NCBI RefSeq assembly: GCF_963921235.1
Contig: NC_086097.1
Span: 152,398,001 to 152,462,000, forward strand
Direction: 5' to 3'
DNA length: 64,000 nt
Origin: Mobula hypostoma
Lineage: Eukaryota
The position numbers and the translations under genes were made by a program. This document shows positions 24,560-37,256 of the stretch, piece by piece. Every line of letters starts with the position of its first letter. Position 1 is the first letter of the stretch. A model generated the notes under the pieces. It was not told where the DNA came from and searched no databases. It worked only from the letters and a program-made list of their open reading frames with translations.

Positions 24560-25147
24560 CTTGTCTTCAAGAGTAGGTGTACTGAGTATAAGAATAAGGA
24601 AGTCATGCCGTAGCTATGTAAAACTTTGGCCAGACCACGCCTGAAGTATGGCATGAAGTTCTGGTCACCCCATTAAAGGAGGCATGGGGAGATTCTGGAG
24701 AGGGTGCAAAAGAAGTTTAGCAAGATACTGACTGAATTAGAGTGTATGAGCTTCAGGGAAAGTCTGGATACATTTTGATTGTTATCCGTAGAGCATTGGA
24801 GGGTAAGGGGAGACTTGACAGAGGATTTAAAATTATGAAAACAATCTTTTCTCCAAGGCAAATATGTCAAACATCAGAGGCGATGCTTTTAAAGACAGAT
24901 GAGAGAGTTTAAAGGTGACATGAAGGGGCATTTTTTCTATGCAGAGAGTGGTAGGTACCTGGAATAATTTATCAGGGGTAGTAAGCAGTTTGGAGGAGCT
25001 CAAGAGGCTTTTAGACAGACATATGAATATGAAGAGAATGGAGGGCTATGGATGATAGACACGAATAGGATATTTAATATAAATTGGCATCAAGTTCTGC
25101 ACATCATAGCTGAATGGCCTGCCCAGTGCAGTTCTACATTCTATGTA
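24560..25147 (+). mobile_element. Old CR1 3' fragment
   Basis: The degenerate LYKTLARPRLKYG..FWSP region is followed by the tail gaatggcctg...ttctacattctatg. Confidence 0.75.
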
Positions 25148-25726
25148 CATGACGAGTCTGTTATGAGTAGTAGGGAAGATATTAGAAAAAAATATCAGAT
25201 TAATCTCGACATAAATGGCAAGGATTTATCAGCATGCCCTTTCAAGGGGAAATTATGGCCAATTGAATTGATACTATGTGATTATACCGCAGAGGGTACA
25301 GAGGAGATTTACTTCAATATTTCATAGGATGAAGAGTTCCAATTATGAAGAGGGACTTGGGACAAGGAGTGAGGCTAATGCAACACCTGAATGTCACTTT
25401 CAACATTATGAGAGATGTGGTTAATAAGAACTGTTATTATAGAATTATGCCTTGTAGACAAGGCATCTAAAACTGGATTACATTGATTTAAAGTAAGAGA
25501 CAAAATTGTCAGAGGGGATCTGAGGAAGATCCCCTCAGGTAGAACATGTGGTGGAATCCACCTACCTGATGTCTCTTGCTGAGTTAGACATTCTCTACTT
25601 GGCTGTCAAACTCAAGGCTGTGTCCACTTACCAGCTATCATGCATTTGTGTTTGTTCCCAAAATACTGCAAGTAATGATTGAGACTATCATGAAAATCAA
25701 TTATCAATAGTATGTTACCAATTGTA

Positions 25727-26578
25727 TATAATGCCCTGGTTAAGAGCCTCTTTTATTGTATTTCTACTGCTACGCTGTTATGCTTTTAGCAGCCTTTCTG
25801 CAAATGCAGTGTGTTCTGTTAGTTAAGCTTCAAAGACCAGTTGTGGATGAGATAAGGAGCTGTTTGCTCAATCTAAGAATAATGTGTTAGCAAATTGAGT
25901 TTGTCTTGGTAATGTGCTGTAACATTCTGTCCAGTGGGCTGCCACGGAACATTCAAGAGAGCTGGGCAGGATCAGATTTCCCGGAGAACCAGTGCTCTGG
26001 TTTGGGGTCTCTGTTGGCAGAAGGTGCAGAGCGGAGCACAAGGAGAGATACTCAAGAATGCCGCACGAAGGAGAGACAGCTTTGTGCAGATGAATGGTTC
26101 CAGGGAGGAAGTGCCAATAATCCTGAGTTAGCCAGTTGGTTCAAAATAGTCTTCAAGGGAAGTTTGAACTGGCAGAACTTGGGCTTAGCACGTGGGTAGT
26201 CAAAGCCAGAAATGAGCTCCAATGTTTATGTGTATGTTTAGATCGGTTTAGCTGTACTGGGCCCTTTTCCTTTTTTATGAACTGCTTGTTAAAGTTCAAA
26301 TATTTGTAAATATATTGTGTAAGGTCTGTTATTTCCTGGTGGAAAGATAACTTTGCACGGGGCAGCATTTTCACAGCATTCACCATAATTTCCGATCCCT
26401 TATTGGAACATTCCAACTTTCCTGTTGGGTTGAACCCGAATCATACCAACCCTAGACGTGTGTAACTTATTGAAGGTAGCCTTCTCACCATTACCCATGC
26501 AATGCTGGGTCATGTGGCTGCTAGCCAGAGTTTGCTAACGAGCCTGGTTTATCACAAGCCATGGTGAGAAGGGTTACA
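25727..26578 (+). mobile_element. Solo LTR
   Basis: It ends gggttaca. The start tataatgccc resembles tgtaac. Flanks tgta/tata would be an imperfect 4-bp TSD. Confidence 0.6.
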
Positions 26579-27314
26579 TATATTTCAATTGCTTATTAAA
26601 AAAGGAGAAGCCAAACTGGACTGATCTAATTTGATTTCTGTAATTAAAAGTGTTGATCAATGTAAGGCATTAGTCTTTGTGGTATTTGAGACAAGCGTAT
26701 ATGACAGGGATAGGTTTGCAAAATTAAGACTCACTAAAAAGGATGTATTCAGTAATCACACAGATATACCAGTCACTTTTGAGAAACAGTGCTGAATATG
26801 CCCTAAGAACCTTGTTCTTTCCTGAGGGTAGATGACTGAACTGCTTGTCGCAGGTATCCTTGCTCACTAATGGAATCGCCTGCCACTTTGTTGCCGTGCA
26901 TTTCTATTGATTTTCTGTCAATCAGGACTCTGACCTTAAAGTCCTGTAGTCTCACCTGACAATTACTTGTGGCATAGAATCTTTTCAGAGCAAAATCTAT
27001 GTCGCCAGCAGCAGTTGCAATATTGTGCAAATTCTCTTTTAGTAACTTCCTACAGGAAAATAGTTCTCTCTTTGTTGGTGTTGCATTCAAGACTATACTG
27101 TTGTTTTGTGTCTTTCATTTTAAAACCTGCTGTCAATAGATCTTTCCTTTGATAAGAATAACACTGACTCTGTAAAGGAATGGGCAATATTAAACAGAAA
27201 GCACGGCTGTGAGAAGGCACACAGGAACAGAGGATGTAGGCTTAAGTTGTGCATCCTTTGTTGAAAATGGAAGTCCAAATGGAGAAAGTGATTTGCAGAA
27301 ATCCTTGGCTTAGT

Positions 27315-27890
27315 AAAAAGAGACATCAAGTATGAGAGTAAAAAAGTTCTGACGAACCTTTAAAAAATATTGGTTTTCTAGAGCCAGAATATTGTTTGCA
27401 GCGCCAGATGCTGTGCCTTTGGAAAAGTATAAAATCTTTACCAAGAATGCAATAGAGACTACTCAGGCGATATCAAAGAAGCTGAACTTAAGTTGTGTAG
27501 ATAGAATGGAAAAGATGGGTTTATTCTTAATGCTGCCGAAGAGGTGATGGGGGAAATCTGATAAAAAGCATCTAAAATCATGAAAGTTACATGGGGAGTA
27601 GACAGATCAACTATTCTACTGATGGAAGAATGAAGAAGCAGGTGATTGGAAAAATAAAATGAAAGTAACTTGAGGAAAATCTATTTTACATGGTAGGTGA
27701 TTAAGGTTTAGAATGTACTGCCAAGAGAGCAGTGATGACAAATGCAATTGTGATGTTCAAATTGGATATGTACCTGAAAATAAAGCATTTTCATGGCTCT
27801 GGGGAAGGGCTGAAGAGTGGAATTAGCTGCTTTGATTTTACATAGTTCCAGTATGGATATTGTGCTGACTGGCCTCTTTCCTTGTTGCAA
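27315..27890 (+). mobile_element. Highly decayed CR1 3' fragment
   Basis: Colinear degenerate similarity to the CR1 ORF2 C-terminus and 3' UTR seen elsewhere in the window. Confidence 0.55.
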
Positions 27891-28317
27891 CCAATTTGTT
27901 TTTCTGAAAACTTGGTGATTAATCGCTGACTTCTGGTATATCTTTAATTGTTACTTTGCCAGTAGTGGTCATGCCATACAGACCTTGTTTCTGGACCGAA
28001 GCTTTGGGAACCTTCCTTTGACAATAGGTTGCTGTAACATTTATGGATGGCACAGGACAAAATTCGCAGCTATTTCTGTTGACCATCTCCACAGAAGCTA
28101 CACCCCTACATGTCAATTAAAATTAAGGCTTTATTTTATGATTGGCGGCCTTGAATGGATCTGTGTTTTTTGTCTCTCAAGCCACACACAAGGAATGCAA
28201 GTTAAGAATCTGTTAGTGTAATGCTGCAATCACCCATGGTCTCATCCAGCTTCTGACTGCATTTTTCTTTCTTTTGAGCTAACGTTATCTGAGATATCTG
28301 CAAATAAGACAAAGTTT

Positions 28318-28598
28318 GAAACATACAATGAACTGTGTTGCTTGTGTCAAATCAACGAGGACTGTGCTAGGCAGCCTTTCAGTATAGTCACACTTTCAGC
28401 CACTAACACAGCATGCTTGCATCTCACTAACCCTGACTGTACATCTTTTGGAATATTGGAGGAAACTGGAGGACCTGGTGGAAATCCATGTGGTCACAGG
28501 AAGAGCAGACAAACTCCTTACAGATAGCGGTGAGAACTGAACAGTCATTTTATATCTTGCAATGTAATAAGGTTACACTAACTGCCACACTACTGTGT
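28318..28598 (-). mobile_element. V-SINE (HE1-like)
   Basis: ggaggaaactggaggacctggtggaaatccatgtggtcacagg is the reverse complement of the V-domain core. The tRNA-like head is at about 28530-28598. Confidence 0.75.
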
Positions 28599-29881
28599 GC
28601 AGTTTTCTGCAAAGCAATTTTGTTAATGATTTCCACAAATAGCACTGCACCCTTTTGATCCCTCATTGTAGTATTTGATGGCTGTGAAAGCTTACCTTTG
28701 TCTGCAAACTAAAGAATATCACTGATATGTAGAACATCATCATGCTCTCCATATTGTCCATATGGGATATGAAATATTCACATGCCTTGTATAGTCCTGT
28801 TTTGCCGATGAAGCCTGCTTGCTCTTATGTTTCTGCTTTCTTTCTTTCACTGCCAAAACAGTGCTGCAGTTGTCAAGGCTCCTGTGTGCTTGCCCTTTGA
28901 TCTCAGCTTGTCTCATGTGAGAAAGCTTCAGAAGAGCTGGGAGAGAGCAAGACTGGGGTTCTGTATCCAGATACAAGGGTTATGTAGCACTGTCCTACAG
29001 AGTTTCTGTTCATTGATTACCTCTAAGTGTTAAATTTGCTGTTAACTTGATCTCTGGATGTCTGTGACTCGCAAGTTCCTGCTTGTAATCGATACGGAGC
29101 CCACTAGCAACAGTAGAATTTTCCACTTGCATAACTAAATAGAGATTCTCTGTTTGTGATCGATCAACAAAATACCATGACTTCTTTCGACTCCCAGCTA
29201 GTTGCATAGTTAGTTGTCACCACTTGAAATCAATAGGGCAGAACCATGGGGAATTTTAATTTTAATCTCCTTATTAGTCTGGTTTGTTTTTCCTGTGCAC
29301 TAAGTAACGGCTTTGTAAGTAATCAGGACCTTTAGATGGTCCCAGTTGGTTTCCTTCATTGAAGGCAGGCTGGTAAGTGCTTTGTGACTGTCTGGAACCT
29401 TAATGGATTTCATTATTATCACCTTTTTCCTTATTGGAAGGAGCAGTGAAGTGCTTTCTTTCAAAAGCTGGCAAAGGCAATGGAAGGACTCTGATAATAA
29501 ATATTAAACAGCTCAAGAATGATAAACTCAGAATTTTATTCAAATAAGCTTAGTGTCAATGGGAATGTGCTGCTTTCTCTTAAAAGCAAATAGAACAGAT
29601 TCACATATGAGTCCATTATAATGCAGCTTTATTGCTGGAGATTGTTCAGAGTACTTCTCTTGATAGAACTGAAATGTAAACAAAGCGCTGGGAACACTCA
29701 ATAGATTAGATGGCATCTGTGAAGAGAGAAAAGGATTTCACATTTCATTTCAGTGACGCATCATGGTTAAAAAAATCAGGTAGGGATATATCTTATTGTC
29801 AATTCATTATTTCCCTTTGCAATTTGTCAATAATGAATTCAGAATACATTATGGTATAGTGGTATGGCCCTTCTTATGAAA

Positions 29882-30795
29882 AGTCATAGAGCATGGAAAC
29901 AGGTCATTTGGCTCAACACAGCTATAGCAATCAGTGGGCACCCATCCGTTTTAATTCCATCTTCTAGCAATTGGCCTGTTGTCTTCTTCCTATGTGATTC
30001 AAATGTTTTTCTAGACATTTCATAAATGTTGCCAATGTCTTCCTCCATCACTCTCTCAGGCAATGCATGCTGGGTACTCAGCACTCAATGGGAGAAGAAG
30101 GTTCTTCTTAGCTCCTCTTCAAATTTCTTCCCCCTTCACTAAATCTATATCCTCTCATCTTATCTACCTCAAGTATATGGAAACCTTTATTGCAGTCTAT
30201 CCTGTCTGTGCCTCTCTTAATATTATAAACCTCAGTAATGTTCCCTCTTAACCTTTACTGCATCAGGGAGAACAGACCTAGACTATCTGATGTTTCTTCA
30301 TAACTGAAATGCTTCTTCTAGTACAACATGTTGCAGAATTTCTTCTGCATCTTGATCAGCACCATTATGTTCTTCCTCTAGCCTGATGACCAGAATGAGA
30401 CACTACTCCAGCTGAGGTCCGAGCAAGGTTTCGTAAGGTTAGAACACAACCTCCCTGCTCTTGTATTCAATGTCTGACTAATGAAGGCCATTATCCTCTA
30501 TGCCTTCTTTTTACCTGGGCTGTTACCTTCAAGCATCTTTGAACATGTACTCCAAGGTTCCTCTGTTCTTCAATGCTGCCTGACATCCTACCATTCATGG
30601 TGTGTGTCTTGGCCTCATGCTCTTAAAATGCATCAGGTCTCAGTTGACTGGATTAAACTGCAGCTTAACTGTCATTTTCTTTTCAACCCATTTCACAAAC
30701 ACATTGATCTCTCTGCAGTCTAAGGCTTCACCGTCAACACTTCACCAACCTTCTTGTTATTTGTACACTTGCTGATCATGACTTCTACATCCATA
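29882..30795 (-). mobile_element. Old CR1 3' fragment
   Basis: The tail gtcatagagcatggaaacagg is followed by degenerate ORF2 C-terminal sequence colinear with other CR1 copies. Confidence 0.7.
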
Positions 30796-32149
30796 TCCAT
30801 ACCTTTCACCTGTACGTCATTGGTACACACATGATTTGCAACAAGAGATTGCCTTCTTCACATTCCCTCTTTCCTTAGCTTCTGGCTGATGGGGACATAG
30901 CACTTGGTCACGTCTCCCTGGCTAGAGAGAGTAAGGCCTCTCTCTTAAACCATATTATCTCCGGCTTAAGATTTAAGAGGAGGCTGATCGGCATGTTAGC
31001 CAGGGACATAGAGGTCAGGCATTATTATGCTGATCTTTCTCATGCACAGGGAAAAATAGGGAGGAAGTAAAGAAAGTGTTCTATTTACCACTGTGATGGT
31101 GGGGAGGGTCACTTAACTTGGAACCAATCTAACCATGCTCCCTCCAGCAGATCATTTCAAGCCTAGGTCCAAGGTTAATGGTGTCACTTTTTCTACAAAT
31201 GCTTCCATAGTATTTCTGGCAATTTCTGTTAATAGTTCAGATGTTCAACAAGTGACGTGTTTTTTAAAAAATTTCTTTGAACTGAAATTTTAACTTAATG
31301 GCAATGAACAATCCAAAGATTTGCACATCTAAAAACTTTCCCCATAGTTTTGTTTCCAGCTCTGATGCATGTAATAGCTCTGCTGTCTTCATCTACAGAG
31401 CAAAGTTAACACTTCTGCACAGAAGGCTGACATCTACTGCTGTGCACAACATTTATCCTCTTCAAATATGAGAAAATGTTTCATTTTGTGGGCTTTTATT
31501 ATGACTCAGCTATCCCCTCCTTTATTTGTGTGCAGTAGCCCTTTAGATTTCTAAGACAATTATAGTCCAATATAGATGCCGTCTGTTCATTTCTTTTCAT
31601 GAGCTCAACTTTGGAGGTTCTCATGCCAGCTGCATGCTGTTAGTCAAAGCTACAAAATATAGGAAACAAAACACTGAAACAAATATTTAAGAATTAATAT
31701 CCCACAGCAAATTTTAGGGTCTTAGTTTTCAAGCGGCAAATACTCAATTTAATGGAACCAAGAGAGAAAAAATGATTTTTCATTAACAGAGGAGAAATGT
31801 AATTAGTGGCACGGTAATTAAAATAATGAGTTCAATTTTCAGAAGGTAGTTTCAATAATATATTAAAGAATATTTAATGAAATTGTGAAACATGCGACAC
31901 TGTGTAATAATGTAATGACTATTGAACCAGAATAGATTGTTACTGCAAAAGCCATTATAATTGGAACTATTTTGAATAGCATATTCCAACTATATTAGAG
32001 GCCAGGTCAGAATGATACATAATGCATAATTACATTTCATTTTGGTTAACAATAAGATTTTTGTCACAAATTCTTTCTGATATTAGTAAGTTCCTGATTC
32101 AAATAAGTTTAATAATAATGTTTAAATCTCTAAGTTCTGGTTGAAGATA

Positions 32150-32622
32150 CAGGCATGAACACTGATTTCAGAAACTTCCAGTAATTACTCTAACGTTCCC
32201 CCCTTTTTTTCTCATTCTCCATCTGGTACCCCTCTCATCCCATCCCTCCTCCTCACCTGCCCATTACCTCCCTTTGGTTCCCCCCCCCTTCCTTTTATGG
32301 TCCACTGTCCTCTCTTATTAGATTCCTTCTTTTTCAGCCCTTTACCTCTTCCACATCACCTCCCAGCTTCTTACTTCATTCCTCTCCCCAACCTACCCAC
32401 CCATCTCCCCCCCACCTGATCTGACGATTCACCTGCCATCTTGCACGCCTTCCCTTTTGCCCACCTTCTTTATTCTTGCCTTCATTTATAGTCTTCATGA
32501 AGGTTTTGATCTGAAACCTCAGCTGTTTATTCCCCTCCTTCAACGCTGTCTGACCTGCTGAGTTCCTCCAGCATTTTACACGTGTTTCTGAAAATTTCCA
32601 GCATCTGCAGAATTTCTTGTAT
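32150..32622 (+). mobile_element. PLE 3' end (last codons plus 3' UTR) with a degenerate hammerhead at about 32490-32525
   Basis: ggcatgaacactgatttc...aacttccag, a pyrimidine-rich UTR, then agtcTTCATGAaggttttgatctGAAAcctcagctg and the tail. Confidence 0.82.
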
Positions 32623-32886
32623 TTACAAGGAAGTCATGTTGCACCTGCATAAATTTTTTATTAGTCGTCATTTAGAAAATTGTATACAGTTCTGGTCCCT
32701 ACATTACAGGAAGGATATGGACATTGCGAAGTGGGCACAGAAAAGGTTTACAGAGGAGCTGCTGCCTGAATTAGAGATAATTAGCCATAAGTAGAAGTTG
32801 AACAAATTTAGTTTTCTCTGGAGCATCAAGGGGTGATGGGTGAAATTTTAGAAGTATATAAAGACATGAAAAATATAGATACATTA

Positions 32887-33700
32887 ATTCAAGTTCAAGT
32901 TTAAGTTTGGTTAATTGTCAGTCAACCGTACACAAGTATAGTGCCAAAGAAAATAACGTTCCTCTGGTCCAAGGTGCATAACACTGTACAGATAACTAAC
33001 ACACACAACACATAAAGTAATAGTACCACAAATAATATCTAACAAGAATATCATAAACAGAGCAAACACAAAAAGAGAAATAAAATGTATGAGATCATGA
33101 AAAGGCAACGTAACTTCATTGGACATGTGATTAGGAAAGAGGAGTTAGAATGCACTGTAATTATGGGAAAGATTGAAGGGAAGAAAGCAAGAAGAAGACA
33201 AAGACAAATGATGATGGAGACAGCAGCCAGAGAACTGGAAATGAATACCAATGAATTGATCCACTTGACCCAAAACAGGAGTGTGTGGGCCATGGTAGTC
33301 AATGCTCAAACTGAGCATGGCACCTGATGATGACGATGGTGATGACCACAAATAAATTAACAGATAATAAGGTGCATTTAAAAACAAGTTTAAAAAGTAA
33401 ACAGTATAACTCTTTTGATGCTTCATATGTAATGAGATCTGTATGAGATCTGTATTGTCTTGTGGCCTGGGAGAAGAAGCTGTTTCCCATCTTAACAGTT
33501 CTTGTCCTAATGCTACGGTATCTCCTGCCTGATGGTAGGGGTTCAAAGAGATTGTTGGATGGATGGGAGGGACCATTGACAAAACTAAGGGCTCTGTGTA
33601 TGCCATGCTCCTGATAAATATTTCTGATGGGACCCCTATAACCTCCTCAGCAGTCTTCGCAATCCTTTGTAGGAACTTGCAGTCAGACGTTTTGCAATTT
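32887..33700 (-). mobile_element. Rex1/Babar-type LINE 3' part, interrupted by an RTE fragment
   Basis: The tail (ttcaag)n is at 32888-32905. gaagaagctgttt...ctcctgcctgatggtagg is the reverse complement of the Rex ORF end seen at 44810-44880. Confidence 0.7.
33070..33345 (+). mobile_element. RTE-clade LINE 3' fragment
   Basis: ORF 33085-33327 reads KRQRNFIGHVIRKEELECTVIMGKIEGKKARRRQR, followed by a (GAT)n tail. Possible cacaaa TSD. Confidence 0.85.
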
Positions 33701-34216
33701 GATTAGATAGTCAGAATTTTAGCATGGTTTTTGGTGATGGCACAGTTGCAAAGTGATAGAGACACAGCAGTAGAATGAACAGTTCACTGAGTTTCAATAA
33801 GAACTGTGCAGAACCAAATGAAAGTAATAAAGGCTAGACCAATAGTGCTGCTGACAAAAGCTCTCAAACTAAAATCTAACGCCATCACTGTGGCTCAGAA
33901 AGAGCAGAATTAATTACCTAATACTAAATTAACACCACTCCTTTACAGCATCAATTTAGTTTGTAGTCTTCTTTCCCAGAATGTGAATTAAGGTAAGCAG
34001 GGAACATTGCCATTGTTATGCTACAGTCAAGATGTGACAAAACTGAAATGAAAGGAATGGTGTTAAATACAACCACAAATAAATTCTAATTAGCCAGAAT
34101 GTGCATTCACGCGAGTGTGCGTGCCGACCAGTTGCAGCTACCTACCTGTGAGCGCGCCCAGACTCCGTGGCAGAGTTCGTGGTTGTGACAAATCTTTTTC
34201 CCGGGGTGGAATCAGA

Positions 34217-34930
34217 TGTAAGTGTAGCCCCCTAGTAAACCTCAGGCTCACTCAACTCACTTTCGTCTAGGGGGAGCAGCTTTCGGCCCCACCAAACTGG
34301 GTAATCAAGTTTGTATAGATGCTGCGTGATGTACCCCACCAGGCAAATTAACAGACAGTACACCATATACGATTAAATGATCACACTTTATAACTCATAC
34401 CTTGACTATGTAGATAGTAAAGGAACAAAATAAGAACTGCTTATCCGTTAAAAGAAAAAGACGCCATTATTATTAACCAGTTTGTGCACACATTGTTGGA
34501 GCTCTTACAGAACTGGGCCCCCCTTCCTCCAGTTGATATCCTCTGAACTCCGCCGACCCTTGAATGGGACCACCCTTGGTGGGCAACCAAATGCTCCACA
34601 CGAGTCTGTTCTCATCTCCTCTCCTCACCAAAGACCCTGGGTCTCGGACTCCCGCACGGGGTCCGTTCCGTCGCCCAGCTTACAGCATCGCGTCGCCTCT
34701 CTCTGTCCCCATCACACCTTCTCCCCAAAGCCCGCAAAAACAATAGCTTACAGACACACAAAAAAAGAATAACATCTATGCCAATTGGTTAGCTAATGAA
34801 TACAATTCTTGTTATCAGTAATCATAACCCAAGCAAGCTGCTAGAGAGAATCACTATCTCAGCAGTTAACATAACAAAGAAGCCATTTTTATTACCCGTA
34901 GCAGTAACATAAAAGAAGAAATCCCTTACA
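34217..34930 (-). mobile_element. Solo LTR inserted in a CR1 3' fragment
   Basis: Inverted termini tgtaag...cttaca. Related to the LTR at 36702 (gctgcgtgat, attaaa.ga). CR1 sequence lies on both sides. No clear TSD. Confidence 0.7.
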
Positions 34931-35210
34931 TGTTTAAAGTGAGAAGGTGCAAGTTTAAAGGAGAACTATGAGGTATGTTTTTTTTTACACAGAGAGCGGT
35001 AGGTGCCTGGAACACACTGCTGAGAGAAGTGGTGGAAGCAGATACAATAGCAATACTTAAGGACATTGAGAGGAGTTCATGAACGGGCAGGATGAAGAGA
35101 TATAGACCATGTACAGCTAGCTGAGATTGCTTGGCATTATGGTCAGCATAGTGTGGACTGACGGCCCTGTTCAACGAACTCTACTGTTCTGTGTTCTATG
35201 TTCTACATTC
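34931..35210 (+). mobile_element. CR1 3' fragment
   Basis: FFTQRAVGAWNTL-like sequence and the tail gttctgtgttctatgttcta. Confidence 0.8.
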
Positions 35211-35402
35211 TAGCATGTATACTGAAGATTACCACTGACTCACTATCCACAGATCAGTGTAATCATTAAGCTGACCATATACTATTGTGAATGTAGACAG
35301 ATATTATGTGTTCTTGTAGAGCACTCAGTGCTTTCTGGTGAATTCTATTTGCCATGAGATGATTGCAATCTCAATACAGAAAAACTTCAATAATTTTCTC
35401 AA

Positions 35403-35535
35403 ACCCCTGATCCAGTACTTCAACCTGAAACATCAACAGTTCCTTTCCTTCGACAGATGCTGCTTGACCTGCTGAATACCTCCAACATCTTGTTTCTTGC
35501 TCCAGGTTCCAACATTTGCAGTCTCTTGCATCTCC
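35403..35535 (+). mobile_element. Short PLE-tail module starting at a degenerate hammerhead
   Basis: cccCTGATCCagtacttcaacctGAAAcatcaac...agatgctgcttgacctgctgaatacctccaacat. Confidence 0.6.
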
Positions 35536-36701
35536 ATTCAGAAATCCCAATTATTTGGCATCTGGCTTAATAGTGCTGATTCCTGTATCTCCTATGATTC
35601 ACCTGGTCCCCAGCTTCGATGTTCCCTTCTGTGCAACTGGACAACCATTCCCATGCTTCCATCCACTCACACAGTTCCCACATTTCCTTCCATTCTCCAG
35701 GGCTCCAGTAAAACTAACTTCTCAACTGATTGAAAGTGGTGTATTAGAGCCTTTCAGGTTTAGGAGAGGACATAACCCTGTTTCTTTAAAAATTCCATTT
35801 CCACCACTAGTTCACTGCTGATGCTTCAAAAAAAGTCTGAACTATTTGAGATTCACATTCACATTTATTTATTACACGTACATTGAAACATACAGTGAAA
35901 TACATTGCTTGCATTAACAATCAACACAGTCGAGCATGAGCTGGGAGCAACCCACAATGTCAATATAACATGCCTACAATGTTCAATACATCAACAGTAT
36001 AGCACAGTATACAACACAGAACAACACAAATAACAACAATAGAACAAAGCAAGACAACAGCAAAACAAACCCTTCCCTTTTTCCCAGCCACCTTCTAACA
36101 CAAACAGGCCTCCAACCTCAAAACAGACCACCTCTGGTCTTACAGTCCTGGGCTCCGGAAGCTCAACCTCACAGATGTTGGGCCTCCAGCCTCTCTCTGG
36201 CTTGGACTCACAGACTTGACCTTTTGACCTCTACCTCTGCACTCATCAACTTTGGTCTTCGACCTTTCAGACTTGCTACCTCTGGTTTTGCCAGGCTCTG
36301 GACATTGACCTTCAGCTTTGTCCTCTGGACGTTGACAACCTCTGGGAATTGATCCCAGGACTTGCCAGTTACAGATTTGAGCATCAGGCCTCAGCTGACC
36401 TAACTCCGAGATTCCGGGATTGCTGGAAGATGGCATATGCTTGAGGAATTATAATTTTCGTGAGTCATTTTCTCAAAAGTTTCAACAAATGTAGGAATGG
36501 CTTCAGCAAAAAATGTCAAAGGAGAGAAAAACAATTGGAAAGGTGATGGTTAGCAACAGCTTCTTCCCCATTGCCATCAGGTTCTTGATCTGAACTGAAA
36601 ATCCTAACACTACCTCAGGCAAGATGTGATTCTTTTTCTCAATCTTGCACTAGTATTATTGCTTATCTTGTTTATATTGCTTTACATTTACGTTATGTAT
36701 A

Positions 36702-37256
36702 CATAACCTTCAGGTTCTGCTGGCTGTGTAAGTCTAGGGAAGACTATCTCTGGCCCTGCCAAACGGGTGAGATTGAGATGTGAGTCCACCCCGAAACCCA
36801 GCTGTTTGTGTGGCTGCTGCGTGATTTGTAACCCTGTTACAAACCAGTACCATGAAATAACATACAGAATACTGCATACAATTAAACGATTTAGCTTTGT
36901 AATTCTTAATTTGACTACAGGATTAGTGAAGATAAAGCAAAAAAAAGAAAAGGGCCCATTTTAATGAAACAGTCTAATGTACACAAGCTGGAGCTCACTG
37001 TTTCCCCTTCACTGATCCTCCTTCAGTCTCTCCCCAGCCTTCGTCGGATCATGGCTCCGCTCCGGCGTCTTCTCTGTTCATCTCCCGCTGAACAAAAGAT
37101 CCCAATCACCCTGGTGTCAGGCACACGACACGAAAACACCCTCCCGTCATTGGATGACTCACATTCCAAGCACCCGTTATCTCTAACCATAATCCAAATA
37201 CTGCTTCTGCAGAAGGACCATTACATTAGCAGTGAAACCTTTCGCAGTGTGTTACA
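36702..37256 (-). mobile_element. Solo LTR with TATA TSD, inside a Rex-like 3' UTR (about 36545-37350)
   Basis: cataac...gttaca is flanked by tata at 36698-36701 and 37257-37260. Confidence 0.75.

Noticed and set aside
29685..29770. Further hammerhead copies here and at about 55650-55780
   Set aside because: Only the tail is faintly similar and no ribozyme core can be recognised.
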